A DNA stretch of 64,000 nucleotides, taken from Pocillopora damicornis. Taxonomy: Eukaryota. Of the stretch, positions 1-12,946 are shown one piece after another (the first letter of the stretch is position 1; each line of letters starts with the position of its first letter). The position numbers and the translations under genes were made by a program. The notes under the pieces are model-generated. The model searched no databases. It was given only the letters and a program-made list of their open reading frames with translations, and was not told where the DNA came from. The stretch lies in contig NW_020846770.1 of assembly GCF_003704095.1 (NCBI RefSeq), positions 186,001 to 250,000 of the forward strand, in the 5' to 3' direction.

Positions 1-694
1 GGCAATCTTGAATAAAATGACACCCAAAAGCGGAAATTGACTAAAGTTGCAAATTAAGAGATTGCCTAGCTTGCTAAAACGTGCTGGATCGTATTTCTGT
101 ATGGTTCACGAGCAACTTTTTCCCCTAAGTACGTAATGACAACAATAATAACAATTTTGTACAATAGGAGGCAAACCTCTCCAGCCATGTCGCCATCCTC
201 ATAGTAGTGTAATCGAATATGACAGTTGGATCTTCGTTGACAGACTAAATTGTGCAATACAGGCTAATTTTTGTTAGGGATAAAAAAAATAATTAAAGAG
301 TTGTCACCGCGAGAGCAAGAGTGAGATCTTGCTGGAGAGAAGAGATTTTGATATTGAATATGATTTCTTGCTCAGCTGAATCAAGTCGAATTTCCCTACG
401 TAATCAAGATGATATGAGTCGTAAGAAAATGTTTCGGTTCACTTCTTTTGCTTGCCTGGCCTTAATTAAGGTGTTAGGGTTTATCAGAGAATAATGCGTC
501 AAAATAATGGCTAAAAAAGGCTATGTTCACATAGCTAACATTCTGGTAAATTTCAGTTTGCTTAGCTCAGTATTGGAGGGAAGTGAAAATATTGCTAAAA
601 TGTGGACCTCTTTAATGGCAGTTACTGGAATATAGGTTGTGGAGCCCAAAATCGAAGCATAATAAAGATTTATAATGAAAATTAACTTATTTAC

Positions 695-783
695 AAACGA
701 AACAAAGCAAAGCAAAATAAAACGAAACGAAACAAAGCAAAGCAAAGTAAAGCAAACCAAACCAAAAAAAAAAAAGCAAAAAC
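695..783. repeat. Pentanucleotide microsatellite (AAACG/AAAGC/AAAAC)
   Basis: Run of aaacg/aaagc/aaaac units; accounts for the spurious F/L/C-rich ORFs 527..760 and 691..957. Confidence 0.85.
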
Positions 784-2276
784 AATAACTGATAAGTAAA
801 ATAAGTTATGAAATACGTTTGGAAGATTTGAACTGACCTTGGATACTCGCGAGTAAACTGATAAGGAACTTACGAAATATCTCATGACTCCACTAAATTC
901 CAAAAATTCAACACAGCAGGATGCGAGCATGCCGGAGAGGCCAGGTGCAATAGGCATTTACTTTGCTTAGTTTGTGAGAAAATGTGTCATCAGTTCAGTG
1001 AGACAAGTGCACCCGGCGATTTTTTACCCTACCAAAGGCGCCGTTGTCCTGCCTTGGAGCAGGACAAATTTTTGTCAGGCGTGAAATCTGAAAGTTTTTG
1101 TTCTCCCGTTCTTTTGTATTTCTAGCAGAGAGAGATAATGTTTTTGGTTTACTTGTAGAGTTTTTTTACAGGATCCTCTCTTGCTTTCCTATGGTATTTT
1201 GTTGCTATTGTTGTTGCCTTTGTTATTAATCTGTAGGGTTGGAATCTCTTGCTCCATAACTCTCTACTTGAAAAGCTGTTTCAACTGGAGATCCGAGATT
1301 TATAGCTTTGTTTCTTATACGATGATTTAGATAGATTGAATAGTGTTCTTCAGCTAAGCTCGAAATAACAATTAAATAACTAACTTAGTTTCTTCGACTT
1401 TGTTCGTTGGAGGAAGTTGGTCGTTATTCGGTACTAGTTTCATTTTAACCTTCTGTGTGATGATCTCTTCTTTTGAATAATATGTACGCTTCGTTTTCGC
1501 TTAAGTCGCATACACTTCCCTCGCGACTATAAGTTGCGTTTAAAGTTGACTAAATCAACAAATCTAACAAATCAAACCATCGACGATAAAAAATTGGGAA
1601 AAAAATAGAAAAACTTAAAACCGTCTGGGTTTCAAATGTCTTAAGAACTAACTCAAATACCTAAAAAATAATTTACATCGCAATCGCATCGGTGTGGCGT
1701 TTCTCAGATTTTTGAATGCTTCCAATAATTACTATCTATCGTAACTTCCTGTCAGATTTCACAAAAGGAGAAGTAGTAGTTGTTATGTCTTTGGACTTAT
1801 CAAAAGCGTTTGACGTCATCCCTCACTCTCTTCTTCTAGCCAAACTGAAAGCTTATGGATTCGGTGAGGAAATTTGCGCCTCTTCGAGAGATTATTTGAA
1901 TGACAGATCACAGAGAGTCAAGATCGGGGATGCTTTCTTTACCTAGGAAACGAGTCAGACCGGGAGTACCACAGGGAAGTGTATTAGGACCTATATTATT
2001 TAATATTTTCTTAAACGATATGTTTTATCATGTAACACGTACCAAGCTGCATGTTTATGCAGACGATCAACAGATATGCGACTCTAATGTAGATCCAGTT
2101 AACCTGGAGGAACGTACGACTACGATTTGCCAGTTGCTAATCAGTGGTATCACAATAATGGCATGACTGCCAATAAAAGCAAGCAGCAAGCAATGGTTTT
2201 AGGCACTACTGATCATATGTTTTCTTTTGCTGCTAAGCCTTCAACAGACATATTGGTATAAGTATTGACAACAAAC

Positions 2277-2470
2277 TATGTTTCGATATCAGGTAATTTA
2301 GTGTTAACAACTGGGTTGAAAACGTAAATTAGCCACCGTAAAGAGTAAAAAAGCTGACGTTTCGAGCGTTAGCCCTTCGTCAGGGCGATTCGAAACGTCA
2401 GCTTTTTTACTCTTTACGGTGGCTAATTTACGTTTTCAGCCCAGTTGTTAACACTAAATTACCTGCTATA

Positions 2471-2515
<45 letters not shown>

Positions 2516-2538
2516 TTTATTCATATGTTTCGATATCA
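2277..2538. mobile_element. Penelope-like inverted pseudo-LTR insertion nested in the LINE, with 15-bp target-site duplication
   Basis: Direct repeat TATGTTTCGATATCA at 2277-2291 and 2524-2538. Inverted arms about 2290-2365 and 2390-2465, followed by an unpaired tail to about 2523. Confidence 0.75.
2353..2386 (-). ncRNA. Minimal type I hammerhead ribozyme-like motif
   Basis: Minus strand reads gcc-CUGACGA-a-GGGC-uaac-GCUC-GAAAC-GUC^agc. It has the core boxes, a 4-bp stem II and the minimal GAAACGUC stem III. Stem I has a C.A mismatch next to the core. Confidence 0.6.
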
Positions 2539-3759
2539 TATATCTCAGTACCATCTGCAAGAAGATAAACAATCAGTTTCGTGTTATGTTAGGGCTTCAT
2601 AAACTGATCTCAAGTGCCACCATTTTACAAATTTACAAAGCTTTTATCCTACCGCATTTTCAATACTGCTCTACAGTTTGGCATTATTGTGGTGCACGTA
2701 ATGCAGAAAAGTTAACCTCAATTCGTTAAGTAGTAAGCATCTCCAGTGCATGTTCATATTGTTACATAAGAGCTTGTTTGTAGAAAACTACCCGAATTAT
2801 ATGAAAACCGAGTTTACTCTTCGTTCTGCAAATTGCAACCTACGTGGTTATCACATCCTGTCACTTTCTCAGCCGATAACAACAACGTATGGTCTACATT
2901 CTTTAATTACTTAGCCGCTAAACTATGGAATTCCCTACCTGCTGGCCTGAGAGCCTAAGAGGATTTATATGACTTTAAGCGGACAATTCTTGGTTATGTC
3001 ATTTTAACATTTAATATCACAAGCATGTATCTTTATATCAATTGTAAAGTACATCGTATTTTATTGTATTTTATATCAGTTTTATTAATGTATTATTTGA
3101 TTAGTATGTAAATTTTATATTCTTTTCAGGATTTTTTATTTTCATTGTATTTTATTATATTTAACACGAAAACATCAGCTTTTGTAGCTACACTCAAATT
3201 TCGCGTTTAAATAAAGTCTATTTATGTACGTATGTATATGTAAGCTATACAACCAAATGTTTGTTGAACTTGCTTCAGTGGTAGAGGAAAACGAAACAAT
3301 GACAGCTGTACTGAATGACCTCATAATGACCTCAGAAGATTGCATTAAATAACATGTTCTCGCGCTCGAAATTTCTATTTTTTTCTTAAACGTTTCAAAG
3401 TATAGGTTAAAGCCGAAACAAGAGATTATTTGTTTGTGATAGGACAACCTTTCATGTAGATCTAAAAGATTCAAAATAAGAAAATCAAGAACATCGCAGT
3501 CTGTCATAGAAACAATTTGCTTTGATAGCTAAATTTACCATTTGCTTGTGGCAATTGTGGAACATCAAGAGGAACTAATGGCCAATTTTTTTTCTCTTGA
3601 GACAATTTAATGGATCTTTTTATTTGGATAAGTTTAGCCATTCTGTAAAAAAGGGATGTAAATGATGATTTTTCATCAAATACCATTGCTAAAGGTCGTA
3701 ATTAGCAGATGCTTACAGTCGTGAAAATATTGTTAACATTTATGTAGAATATTAATGCT

Positions 3760-4430
3760 ACAGTCCAGCATTATACCTTCTCTCGTGTTCTCTTGTATCG
3801 TGCTATATTCAGAGGCATCAATTCATGTGGTGCTTGCGCTTGTCGGGCATGGCGGCGTAATTGCAGTTGCTGATGACGGAGACCGAGGTTTATCTTTACA
3901 TAAGAAAATACTGAGATTGATTGAGACTGCCGTATCTTAAACCAATTAAAGCACAGCCCAGAAACCAAAAACAATTCAGCAGCCCCTGCGCGCCTGAATG
4001 TGACAACATATCGGTATCAGCCCCAGAGGCAAGGCGAGAAGCCTCTCTACACATATTGCAGTAGAAGTCTGTACGGATATTGTTACCAAAAAAATTCCGA
4101 AAAAATTGTTAACTTGACTGCATTAGTATATGATATTTCCTTTCGTGTTTAGCGTCCCCAATGCACTAGTTAACACAAAGAGTGGTTTTGAAATAAGTTC
4201 CATGCAAAGATCACTTATATTATAGCCAGACATCGAAAGAAGGGCGGATGGAAGTCACTTCACGAAGAGCAGTTTAAAAAAAAATTGTTCCAAGATGCAG
4301 TGATAGAGAGAAAGAGAGAAATGGTGAGAACTATGGCAAACCCTTCTGGAATTGTGCTTGTTGGATGTATATGTCTTCATTTTTCCTTCATTGTCTCACT
4401 TGCGGCGGCTCCGTCATTTGAAGTTTCAGG
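3760..4430 (-). pseudogene. Class A GPCR pseudogene, tandem duplicate of the 6286..7218 gene
   Basis: Fragments ISVFSYVKINLGLRHQQLQLRRH and ELMPLNIARYKRT match the intact GPCR, with frameshifts, stops and loss of the TM6-7 region. Both flanks also match (about 4420-4590 vs 7220-7420; 3708-3740 vs 6186-6218). Confidence 0.8.
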
Positions 4431-4777
4431 TGAAGGGAAAATGATTGAAAAGGATTTGAGGGAAACACAGTCTACCATCTATTAGCGTCAATAATCAATG
4501 CAAGATATTGCGACGGTTAATAGTCTCAATCTGTCATTCTGTCATTAGGAGAAGACCCGAAGAAAAAGAACCTTTAAAGCCTATGCAAATTTTTTTTAGC
4601 TCTTTCATTTTTACTATATTCCGCTTTGAAGAAATAAATAATCTGTCAAACTCTTAAGATTTCCAAGACAGCTGGGGAATTGTTATTTCGTACTTGATTC
4701 AGTTAGATGAGAAAAAAGTATGTGGTAAATGCGCAATTTTTGAATCTGAGTTCTTTACTGAGCGGTAAGATTGATTA

Positions 4778-5040
4778 GACTCGTTTTTTTTCCTTTGGTC
4801 TCGAGCGTGCAACAGAGGAAAAAAGTCTGAATCTCCATAAGAAATCGAACCTCAGACCTTCGGGTTCCGCGCTCCGATGCTCTACCACCGAGCCACAGAA
4901 AATGTACGATGAGCGATTTATTCTGATCACGAGCATGACATTTTTGACGTTGGATCTTAGTAGCATGCAGGATGAATGTAACATATGAACCTCGTAATGG
5001 CTTCCCTCACCCTAAAGACTCTGTGGCTCAGTGGACGGAG
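4778..5040 (-). mobile_element. tRNA-derived SINE-like repeat
   Basis: Minus strand has an A box (TGGCTCGGTGG) and a B box (GGTTCGATTTC) in a tRNA-like head. A second head fragment (CTCTGTGGCTCAGTGG) lies in the opposite orientation at about 5019-5034. Confidence 0.65.
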
Positions 5041-6285
5041 AGTCGGATCTTAATCTTGTACTATACTAATCAGTCCTATAGGCTATAAAACCAAATGCAG
5101 TTGGATTTGTATAAGAAGAAGAGCAAAAGGAAACAATCGACACTTTATTGGAGGGAAAACGAGTCATTTATTATCTCTTAATGATATAAGAATATGCGTG
5201 CTGACAAATCATGCTTTCACTGAAAGATCTATAGGAAACGATCATTTCGTATCCTGTCTTCATCTCGTGATAGAGCAGCGACCAAAAGAATCCGTGAACG
5301 GGTAAAACATTCAATTCATGAATTTACATTTTAACTTCTCTAAGTTTTTATTTTGGGTTTTCAGAGCAGTGCACGTCAGTTTTTGGTTCTCTTTTTCAGT
5401 CTAGTTTTCTAGTAGTTTAAAGGCAAATTGAGTTTATGCAGTGATGAAGAAATTTATTAGATTATTCCAATGTATACACATGGCTAACTGACGTTGTGGA
5501 TCTTTACATTCAAATTTGTTGACTGACGTTGTAAATCTTCACATTCTAGTTTTGTAAAACAGTATAATAGTCAGTGTGTCGCAAAGGCTAATTTCCAACC
5601 TGTAATTACAACGTTAAATAAAGACAACAACAAAAGTAAGAGCGGGTTTTTCATTGAAAAGTGCGAAATTTGACCAAAATGGGAGAAAAGCCGCTTTTGT
5701 CCCAAGTCAAGTCATAACCATTCATTGAACGATCAAACTTTATATTGAAGTTATTTACTCTTTGCGGGGTCAACCTTCGAAGGGCTTGAACCATTTTTTT
5801 TTTCATTGAATATTCAAAGATCACGTAATACCCGAAAATTCGATGATAGGTTAGCTTTACAGTCTAAACAGAAAGACTTAATAAGATCGCTATTTAGTGT
5901 CAAAATAATTTAACCTGGACAATTATATTTTGGAATTTTTTCGTCTCAGTCACAGAAAATTTAATGGATCTTTTTTAACAAAAACCCTCACTTTTTGGAT
6001 AATTAATTATCTTATAGTAATCTTTTCTGAAGCAACAAAGGAGTCGATTCATTAACTTTACACTATTCAAATATCTATTGCATGTATAGATTAGTCCGTC
6101 GTCAGACCAAATCACAAAACATGAAAGTAAATAATACAAAAGATAATTCTTAACCCTGTACACCGCAGGAGGTCCAAGTCACCGGATGCTTACACTCATC
6201 TAAATATTGGTTACATTCTGGTAAAGTAATTATTTGATGTGGATTAAAGTTATGATCAGTACACCTAAGAAATCGTGTACCACAA

Positions 6286-7218
6286 CTAAATTGATGCACG
6301 ACATAAGTTTAATTGTCTTGTCGTGTCCTTCACAGCTTGTTTCACTTCTCTTATCCTCCAGCAGTAAAGTATCGGGTTTAGCGATGAGTTAAAGCAAAGA
6401 ATTGTGATTGTAGCTCGAAAGAAAGAAGATCCCAAAGCATCAGGTATTTTACGTGATGTCAATAGCATACCCACAATAGTAAAGGGAAGATAACAAATAA
6501 GCAAAGCAACCTGCACGCATGCAATACTATAGACTGTCTTCTTGTATCGTGCTATATTCAGTGGCATGAATTCATTTCGCGTTTGCACTTGTTGGAAGTG
6601 GCCCCGTAATTGCAGTTGCTGACGACGGAGAAGGAGATAAATCTTTACGTACGAAAAGAACGATATTAATAAAGATAATAACATCAATAAGTTCATTGCA
6701 AAGCGAGCCCAATCAAAATACCCCGTGCCGAATATTAATCCGATCACAGCACAGCCCATGAACCAAATCCATATCATGGTGGCTCCTGCACGACTAAATG
6801 TGACAATATGTCTGTATCTCAGCCCCAAAAGCAGCGCTAGAAGCCTGTCTAAACATATTGCAGTCGATGTTAGTACGGATACTGTTATCAAAAAGATAGC
6901 TATAGCGCTGCTGTAGTATAAAATATTTTCCTGCGTGTTTTGAGTCACAAATGAACTAATTACTGCCAAGCGAGGCAATAGAAGAAGTCCCACGAGAAGA
7001 TCATTGATTGCCAAGCATTGCAATAACAGCTTTGTCGGAGGGTGAATAGAAGTCACTTTGCGGAGAGCAGTTAAGATCAAAGCGTTGCCCAAAAAGGCAG
7101 TGATGGAGAAAAAGATGTTAAGAACAGCAAGAAATATGAAAAATCCTGATGGACCCGTGCTTTTTGGATGTAATCCTATGGTCTCCATTGTCCCACTTGC
7201 GAGGGTAATGTTTATCAT
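6286..7218 (-). CDS. Intronless rhodopsin-like (class A) GPCR, adenosine/melanocortin-receptor-like type, 310 aa
   Basis: Seven hydrophobic segments with GN in TM1, LAIND in TM2, DRL at the DRY position, CYLP in TM6 and NSSLNPILY in TM7. Confidence 0.93.
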   Translation of the reverse strand: MINITLASGTMETIGLHPKSTGPSGFFIFLAVLNIFFSITAFLGNALILTALRKVTSIHPPTKLLLQCLAINDLLVGLLLLPRLAVISSFVTQNTQENILYYSSAIAIFLITVSVLTSTAICLDRLLALLLGLRYRHIVTFSRAGATMIWIWFMGCAVIGLIFGTGYFDWARFAMNLLMLLSLLISFFSYVKIYLLLRRQQLQLRGHFQQVQTRNEFMPLNIARYKKTVYSIACVQVALLICYLPFTIVGMLLTSRKIPDALGSSFFRATITILCFNSSLNPILYCWRIREVKQAVKDTTRQLNLCRASI

Positions 7219-10200
7219 TGGAAGTTTCAGGTGAAGGGAACATCATTTAAAAGGATTTGAGAGAAACAAAGGTTGAAAAGAAGTAGAAGGAACAAGAAAG
7301 AAAATTTAAAAGACAGGATGTATCTTCTGTTCACGTCAATAATTCAGCCTGCGTCAATGACTCAATCTGCTCATCTGTCAATAAGGAAGACCACAAAAGA
7401 AGAAAAAAAACCTTTTAAGTCCAGGTTATCTATTTTTTTTCTATCCTAAGCGATGAATCTGTCAAGCCCTTGTTAAGACAGGAAATTATACAGTCAAACC
7501 TAATTCAGACAAGAATGGCCTTTAATTCTAGCCAATGGTTAATTCGATTGCATTTTTTATAATATTTTCCATGACGCAATGAGGCTCTCATCTTTGGGCA
7601 AAGCAGGAAAATGTCAAAAGAACGGAACTGTCAATAGATAATTGTCTTCAAGCTAACAGAGGTCTTTTTAAAGAGATGGGCCATATGAATCCGAAAAATT
7701 GGAGACTCAAAAGGACTTGAAGAGTCAAAATTTTGAGCACTAAATAGCAATTTAACGCACTCAAAACTTGGAGTTTTAAAAGCCTTACAAAATATGTTTT
7801 TGGGAGCTTCAAATGTAAGCGACTTTTATGTGGCAATTTTTATCAAGCTTCTATGCAAAACTCTGCAAGTAAAAGCAGCTCGGATAAAGAATGTTTCATA
7901 AGGCATTTTAGAACAAAATTGCTCTTAACACTGTTGAGTTACAGAAGGATATTGAAAAGAATCGGTGATTTTGTTCATGAGTTGTGCCCACTTTCTATTT
8001 CCGTCTTCACCATATTGTTAGTTAGTTACCCAGGCGATGACGAGAGCTAGAAATCAAAGGGAAACCCTTTGTTACTCCTAGAGGGAGCGTAGGGTGAACC
8101 AAAACGTGATGCGTAAAAATAAACAACAAGAAAAGGCTCCATTGACGAAGCTAACATACTTTTTCCTTTAAAGTAATCAAAACACTTCTTCCTGTTGACT
8201 TCTGCGCGTGCCCAAAATAGAGCATAAGTCCGCTACGCCAGAGGAAAAAGAAAAGAACGGAAATTATCTTTGTGTACGTGAACTAACGACTCATCGTTAC
8301 TAATCGAAAATGTAATTTATAAACCAGAAGAAAATACCGAGATTTTTTCCAGTGCACCTTCCAGTGCTCCTGGAAGTTTGGCAGTGAGAGAAAAAGGGTA
8401 ACTTGCGGCCTTTTACACAGCTTTTACGCTGTTTTCAGGTTTCCGCGCGAGGTGAATCGATTACAAGCTAGTTAGTTAGTAAAGATGTACTTTGAACAAG
8501 CATGATTGCAGCAGTTTCATCTACTTTGGAGTACCTGAGACGTTGGTATAAGGGATCTCTTGATTGATTTACTTGCTGTAAAGTAGATAGTGAAAATGTG
8601 GCCTGAAAAGGGCTTTGGATGGCAACAGACCTCATTTCTGTATTTTTTTAGGAACGGGACCCTTTTCCTCGCGATTTCTTTACCTTTTCCTTACCTTATT
8701 TATGCTTCTCGATTTCTTCTTTGATACTGAACACTATGCTATTCTGATGTCAAACTCTTTTACGCTAGAACATTTCCGTACGCTCGCACGACCTCTACAA
8801 TTCTCTCTTTTCCGCTTTTCACTCAAATTAATTATTATTTAATTTGTAATTATTATTACTAATTCATATAGTGATTTATTACTACCTATACGTCTTTGAC
8901 AACCACGACAGCAATCCATGAGGAACAGCTTCCCGCCATTACAGCATGCAACGGCTTCTGCTGGATGTTTTCTCACACATCGACAGGCAGTTTACAAGTG
9001 ACAACTTTCACGCAAAAAAAAACAACAACAGTAAAACAATTCAAATTTATCGTTGTTAAGGCTCTACTTTTGGCCCTGTCGATCCCTTCCATAAATCACA
9101 CCTCCTGTGTGACTGTTTTCCCAGGAACCAATAAAAAAATTTTAATTAATCGATTATCCCAGAGGTCATTTTGACCCTGGGCTCAAGATTGAAACTGGAT
9201 CAGATGAGGATTTTGTCTACGCATGCGCTAGAAAAATTAAAATTTTGCCCGTTCGGCGCCATTCTAGTGTTTTGAGTGCGCATCCACGGGTTTGCCACCT
9301 TTTTGAAATGTCTTTTGAAGAGGGATTAAAGAGTATGCTAATTTTACCACCATGCTAACTCTGTGGATACTCTTGCAATTTGCAGGCTCTTAGGAGAGGA
9401 TATTTTAATGATTATAGTGCAAACAAAATGTGGCAAAAGGCCGAAAACTTGAAGTCTGAGATTTGATTTACTAACGATTAAGAGTTAAACATGACACGAC
9501 AAACCCTGAAGGTTAGTGTTATGGGTCTGTCCACAAGAGGGGCCGGGCAGGCGTGACACATGCCATCTCACCGATTTCCTTCAAACTTTCACGGTTTATG
9601 GGGTAACTAAGTCATTCGAGTATACAGAACGGTTCGGGTTCCCGGATAACCCTGGGGTATTAGAGCCCTACATCAAATCTCTGGAATAAAAGGATAAAAT
9701 TAGCTCGAAAAATGCACTTCTAACAAACCTCTCTCACATTATTAGATTGTCATCTCTTTCTTTAAAAACTTCTAGTGTCTTCAGTCAACATTATAAAATG
9801 AACCTTCACCAACACTTTATCTAACTTTGGTTTAAGGAAAATATGTTAATTAACAGACCATTCCGACAAAATACATCAACACAATTTCAGAGAATAAATT
9901 TTTTTAAAATCTATAATTTGATACATATGTAAACAGATAACGATAAAATATTGACACAACTGTTAAAAAGTAACGAAAAGAGATTAAGTGGTAAACAAAT
10001 TTGGTTGTAAGATGGTATTGCGTTGTTCCATAAAATGTCTATACCCCTCCTACCCCTCCTAGGCCGTGTGAGAATTTCAGGGAAGGGAAGCGGAGAGGGA
10101 GGGAGAGGAATGTATACAAGAAACATATACTGCAGCAAGTTCGCCATAAAAGACCGACACACTATTGGAGCTGGTTAGTCAATTTATTTCTGGTTACACG

Positions 10201-10277
10201 TCATATTTTTGCTGGTTAGGAGAGTAAATTTTGCTTGTTTATGGCCGATAATGTCACCTGTTTCCCTGCATAAGTTA

Positions 10278-11229
10278 TTATAGCTCTAATTCAATTGTGA
10301 GTCCAAAGTGATCGGACACAGATTCATTTTTCCTTGTTTCTAACTTTATAATCTCTTTTCTCACCACTGAAACTTTAGAGCTGATGAAAATCGCATCGTA
10401 GTTACCACCATCTTGGTTGGTTTCCATTCTCTCTGGAAAAACAGACTGAAGTCCAACTTGACGCATTATTTTCAAAAGCTGTTGATATTCATCGCTTTTT
10501 TCACTTGTAGTCGGATGGTGGTTGTCAATATTAAAATCTCCAGCCACAATAAAGTGTGAATCTGAATTAAATTCCTGTAGGGCAGCGGCGAGTTCCCTTG
10601 CTTGTGAGAGCCTGGCATTAACTCCATGGGGATCTAAGTGTGTATTAATGACATAAAGGCGTTGGGAATTGACTGAGAACTCTCCAACAACAAAACCCCT
10701 ATAATCAGTAACTTGTAGGATGGAGTAGTTGAGATAACTTCTTGATGTGGTATTTACTAGAGGTATACGACTAAATATAACAATACCACCACTCTGCCCT
10801 ACATATGGTGCGGTAAAATCTGCTATTGACGTTCTGTATCGAAATCCACGTTTCGTCATGGCAGCAACCATTAATGTAGCACATTTTGTGATTACTGCGA
10901 CTCCAGCGTTCAAAACGTACGCCTCTTGAATGAGTACAATGTCAAAATCATTTATTCCTTCTGCAAGACATTCAATTCTTTCTTCAAGACTCAAAATTGT
11001 GTGAGGTTTTAAAAAGTCACACCATAAGTTATAAGTAACCAGCCGAAGGTTCTTTCTGTGAGTCAATGTATGTTGTTCTATTCTGTTACTTTCTTGGACA
11101 ATGTGACGAAAAAGCATTCTTTTTTCGTAGCTGAGTCCTCCACTCCAGATATTGGAACCAAACAGGAAGATTGCCGCAGCTAACGCGCCAATGACAAGTG
11201 TAGGCTTTAAATAGTCCCAAAGTGATTGT
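10278..11229 (-). CDS. Endonuclease/exonuclease/phosphatase (EEP) family protein, sphingomyelinase-like, with N-terminal membrane anchor; main exon only
   Basis: Motifs TYNLW, IQEAY, NTHLDP, AGDFNID, YDAIF and SDHFG. The frame stays open upstream of ORF 10278..11117 through LVIGALAAAIFLF to a phase-2 acceptor (ttcctctatcattgcag, AG at 11231-11230). First exon not located. Confidence 0.85.
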
Positions 11230-12857
11230 CTGCAATGATAGAGGAAAATCAGTTTGTCCCACTGTCATATAAAAGTCTCTTGTTCAGAGCTAGTTTTGTC
11301 ATTCCTAACGGTAAGATTGCTAATAAGGTTTTTAAACGTAAATTCCTATCTAGAAGAATACTTGTAGAACATCATTAATTTTAGAACAGTGTAATTGGTC
11401 CTTGTTGTAACCGTGTATTGTAACCGTGTTTTGTAAAGTCGCATTAACACTTAATTGTTAATATCTGCATGATAGCTTTTTGTGTTCTTTTGTTTCTCTT
11501 TGTTTCCACATTTTGTTGGTAAAAATAGCTTTTGGTGCGTGAAGGGGAAGTGATGGAGGAGAACGTTGCAGTAAACGAGTAGGTACAGAAAGACTCATTT
11601 GTGGTGTAGAGCAGTGTACAAGAAAATAGAAGAAAGATAAGAGACGAAGAGTAAACGTCACAATACAAGCAGCTGTGCACGTTTTACGGGTGAGAAAACT
11701 TTACTCGGCGCGCGAGTTTGCTACAGGTTATGTTGAATTTTATATGGAAGTGTCGTGGTGTGTCGGATGTTTTAGGGAATGGTTCTGATTATGGAACGTT
11801 ATCATTCATGAAATACTGGAAGTGGAGTGGACTTGCGCTGTAAAAGACGTCTGCCTCGGCGGTGACGTGTTGCCTGCCAACGTCGCTCGACTCTACATGT
11901 TCCCTTTTGCTTTGCCTCCGAGAAAATTGGGGGTCTTGGGGAACCAAACTGATTGTTTCCTTTTGTACAGAAATGTCAGGTAAAAACATTGAGCATTTGC
12001 CATTTCGCTGTCAGTCATGCATTTTAACCGATCCCAACTTGCGCGATTTTATAGAGTCGTGAAATGAGTGACTTGCTATAGTGGCGAGCTGCAGCGTTAA
12101 ACAGGAGAGAAAGGCTGCGCTACAGTAATTGATGAAATTGCTGAAACTTAACTGAAGGAACCTCTCGCAAACGAAATCTGAGGGAAGCAAATAATAATAA
12201 AAAAAATTGAGACAACAGAGGTAGATAAGGAGAGAAACAGAATGTAAGCCCATTTTCACGGGTTACAGGTGAATAGTTTGACGATAGGTACTCTCAGTCG
12301 CTGATGCTGTTTCGACTTGTCACGCAGTAGACGTTGCGTGACGAGACAAAAACAACGGCTGCGAAGGGAGCTCCTGCTAGGAAAATTATTTACCACTTAC
12401 ACTACTAAAAAAGATACCTAAACGAACTGATATCGCTATATGACATCGATATCCAACCCGCCGAGCCTCAAGCTAGACGGTAACGGATCAAGGGTGCTTA
12501 ATTAAATGTGTCTGAAGTAACTTGATTTGAAAGACTGGTAAAACAATATAGAGCGGCGACTGCCCATAGAACTCGCACACTGTTATCTGTTATAAGATCA
12601 ATAACAGCTATAGTCCAGTGTTTAGATGCCAGTTTCGCATTTGCATGACAAAAAATAAAGAAACGCTATGCCCAGCACAAAAATTCTGGTATAAAAATAG
12701 TCACTCGAAAAACCGCTCAAAATAATTTGTATGATCCGGTAAATACTCTATCAAACAGTATTATTTACTAATATAACCACCTCTCACCCCTCCTTTGGCA
12801 CTAATAGTCAGTCTCTCACTCCTCCCTGAGTAAAAAAGGCCCAAAACATCGGTGCAA

Positions 12858-12946
12858 AAATGGTCCAAAAAAATAGTCCAAAAAAATAGTCCAAAAAAAT
12901 AGTCCAATAGTCCAAGGGTCCAACAGTCCAGTCCAGTCCAGTCCAG
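12858..12946. repeat. Short tandem repeats (TAGTCCAAAAAAA and CAGTC units)
   Basis: Repeated tagtccaaaaaaa followed by (cagtc)n. Confidence 0.7.

Larger units (their letters stand above)
1760..3242 (+). mobile_element. 5'-truncated, decayed non-LTR retrotransposon (CR1/L2-like LINE, RT domain to 3' tail)
   Basis: RT motifs DLSKAFD, GVPQGSVLGPILFNIF and YADD split across frameshifted ORFs 1716..1946 and 1900..2166. Downstream remnants (YKAFILPHFQYCSTVWH, KLWNSLP), then AATAAA near 3209 and short TATG repeats. Confidence 0.85.

Noticed and set aside
66-257. Short minus-strand ORF with a hydrophobic stretch
   Set aside because: No recognisable homology and no supportable splice structure at the window edge.
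4826-4897. tRNA-like sequence on the minus strand
   Set aside because: A and B boxes are present, but the acceptor stem does not pair and the sequence continues into a repeat body, so it is a SINE head rather than a tRNA gene.
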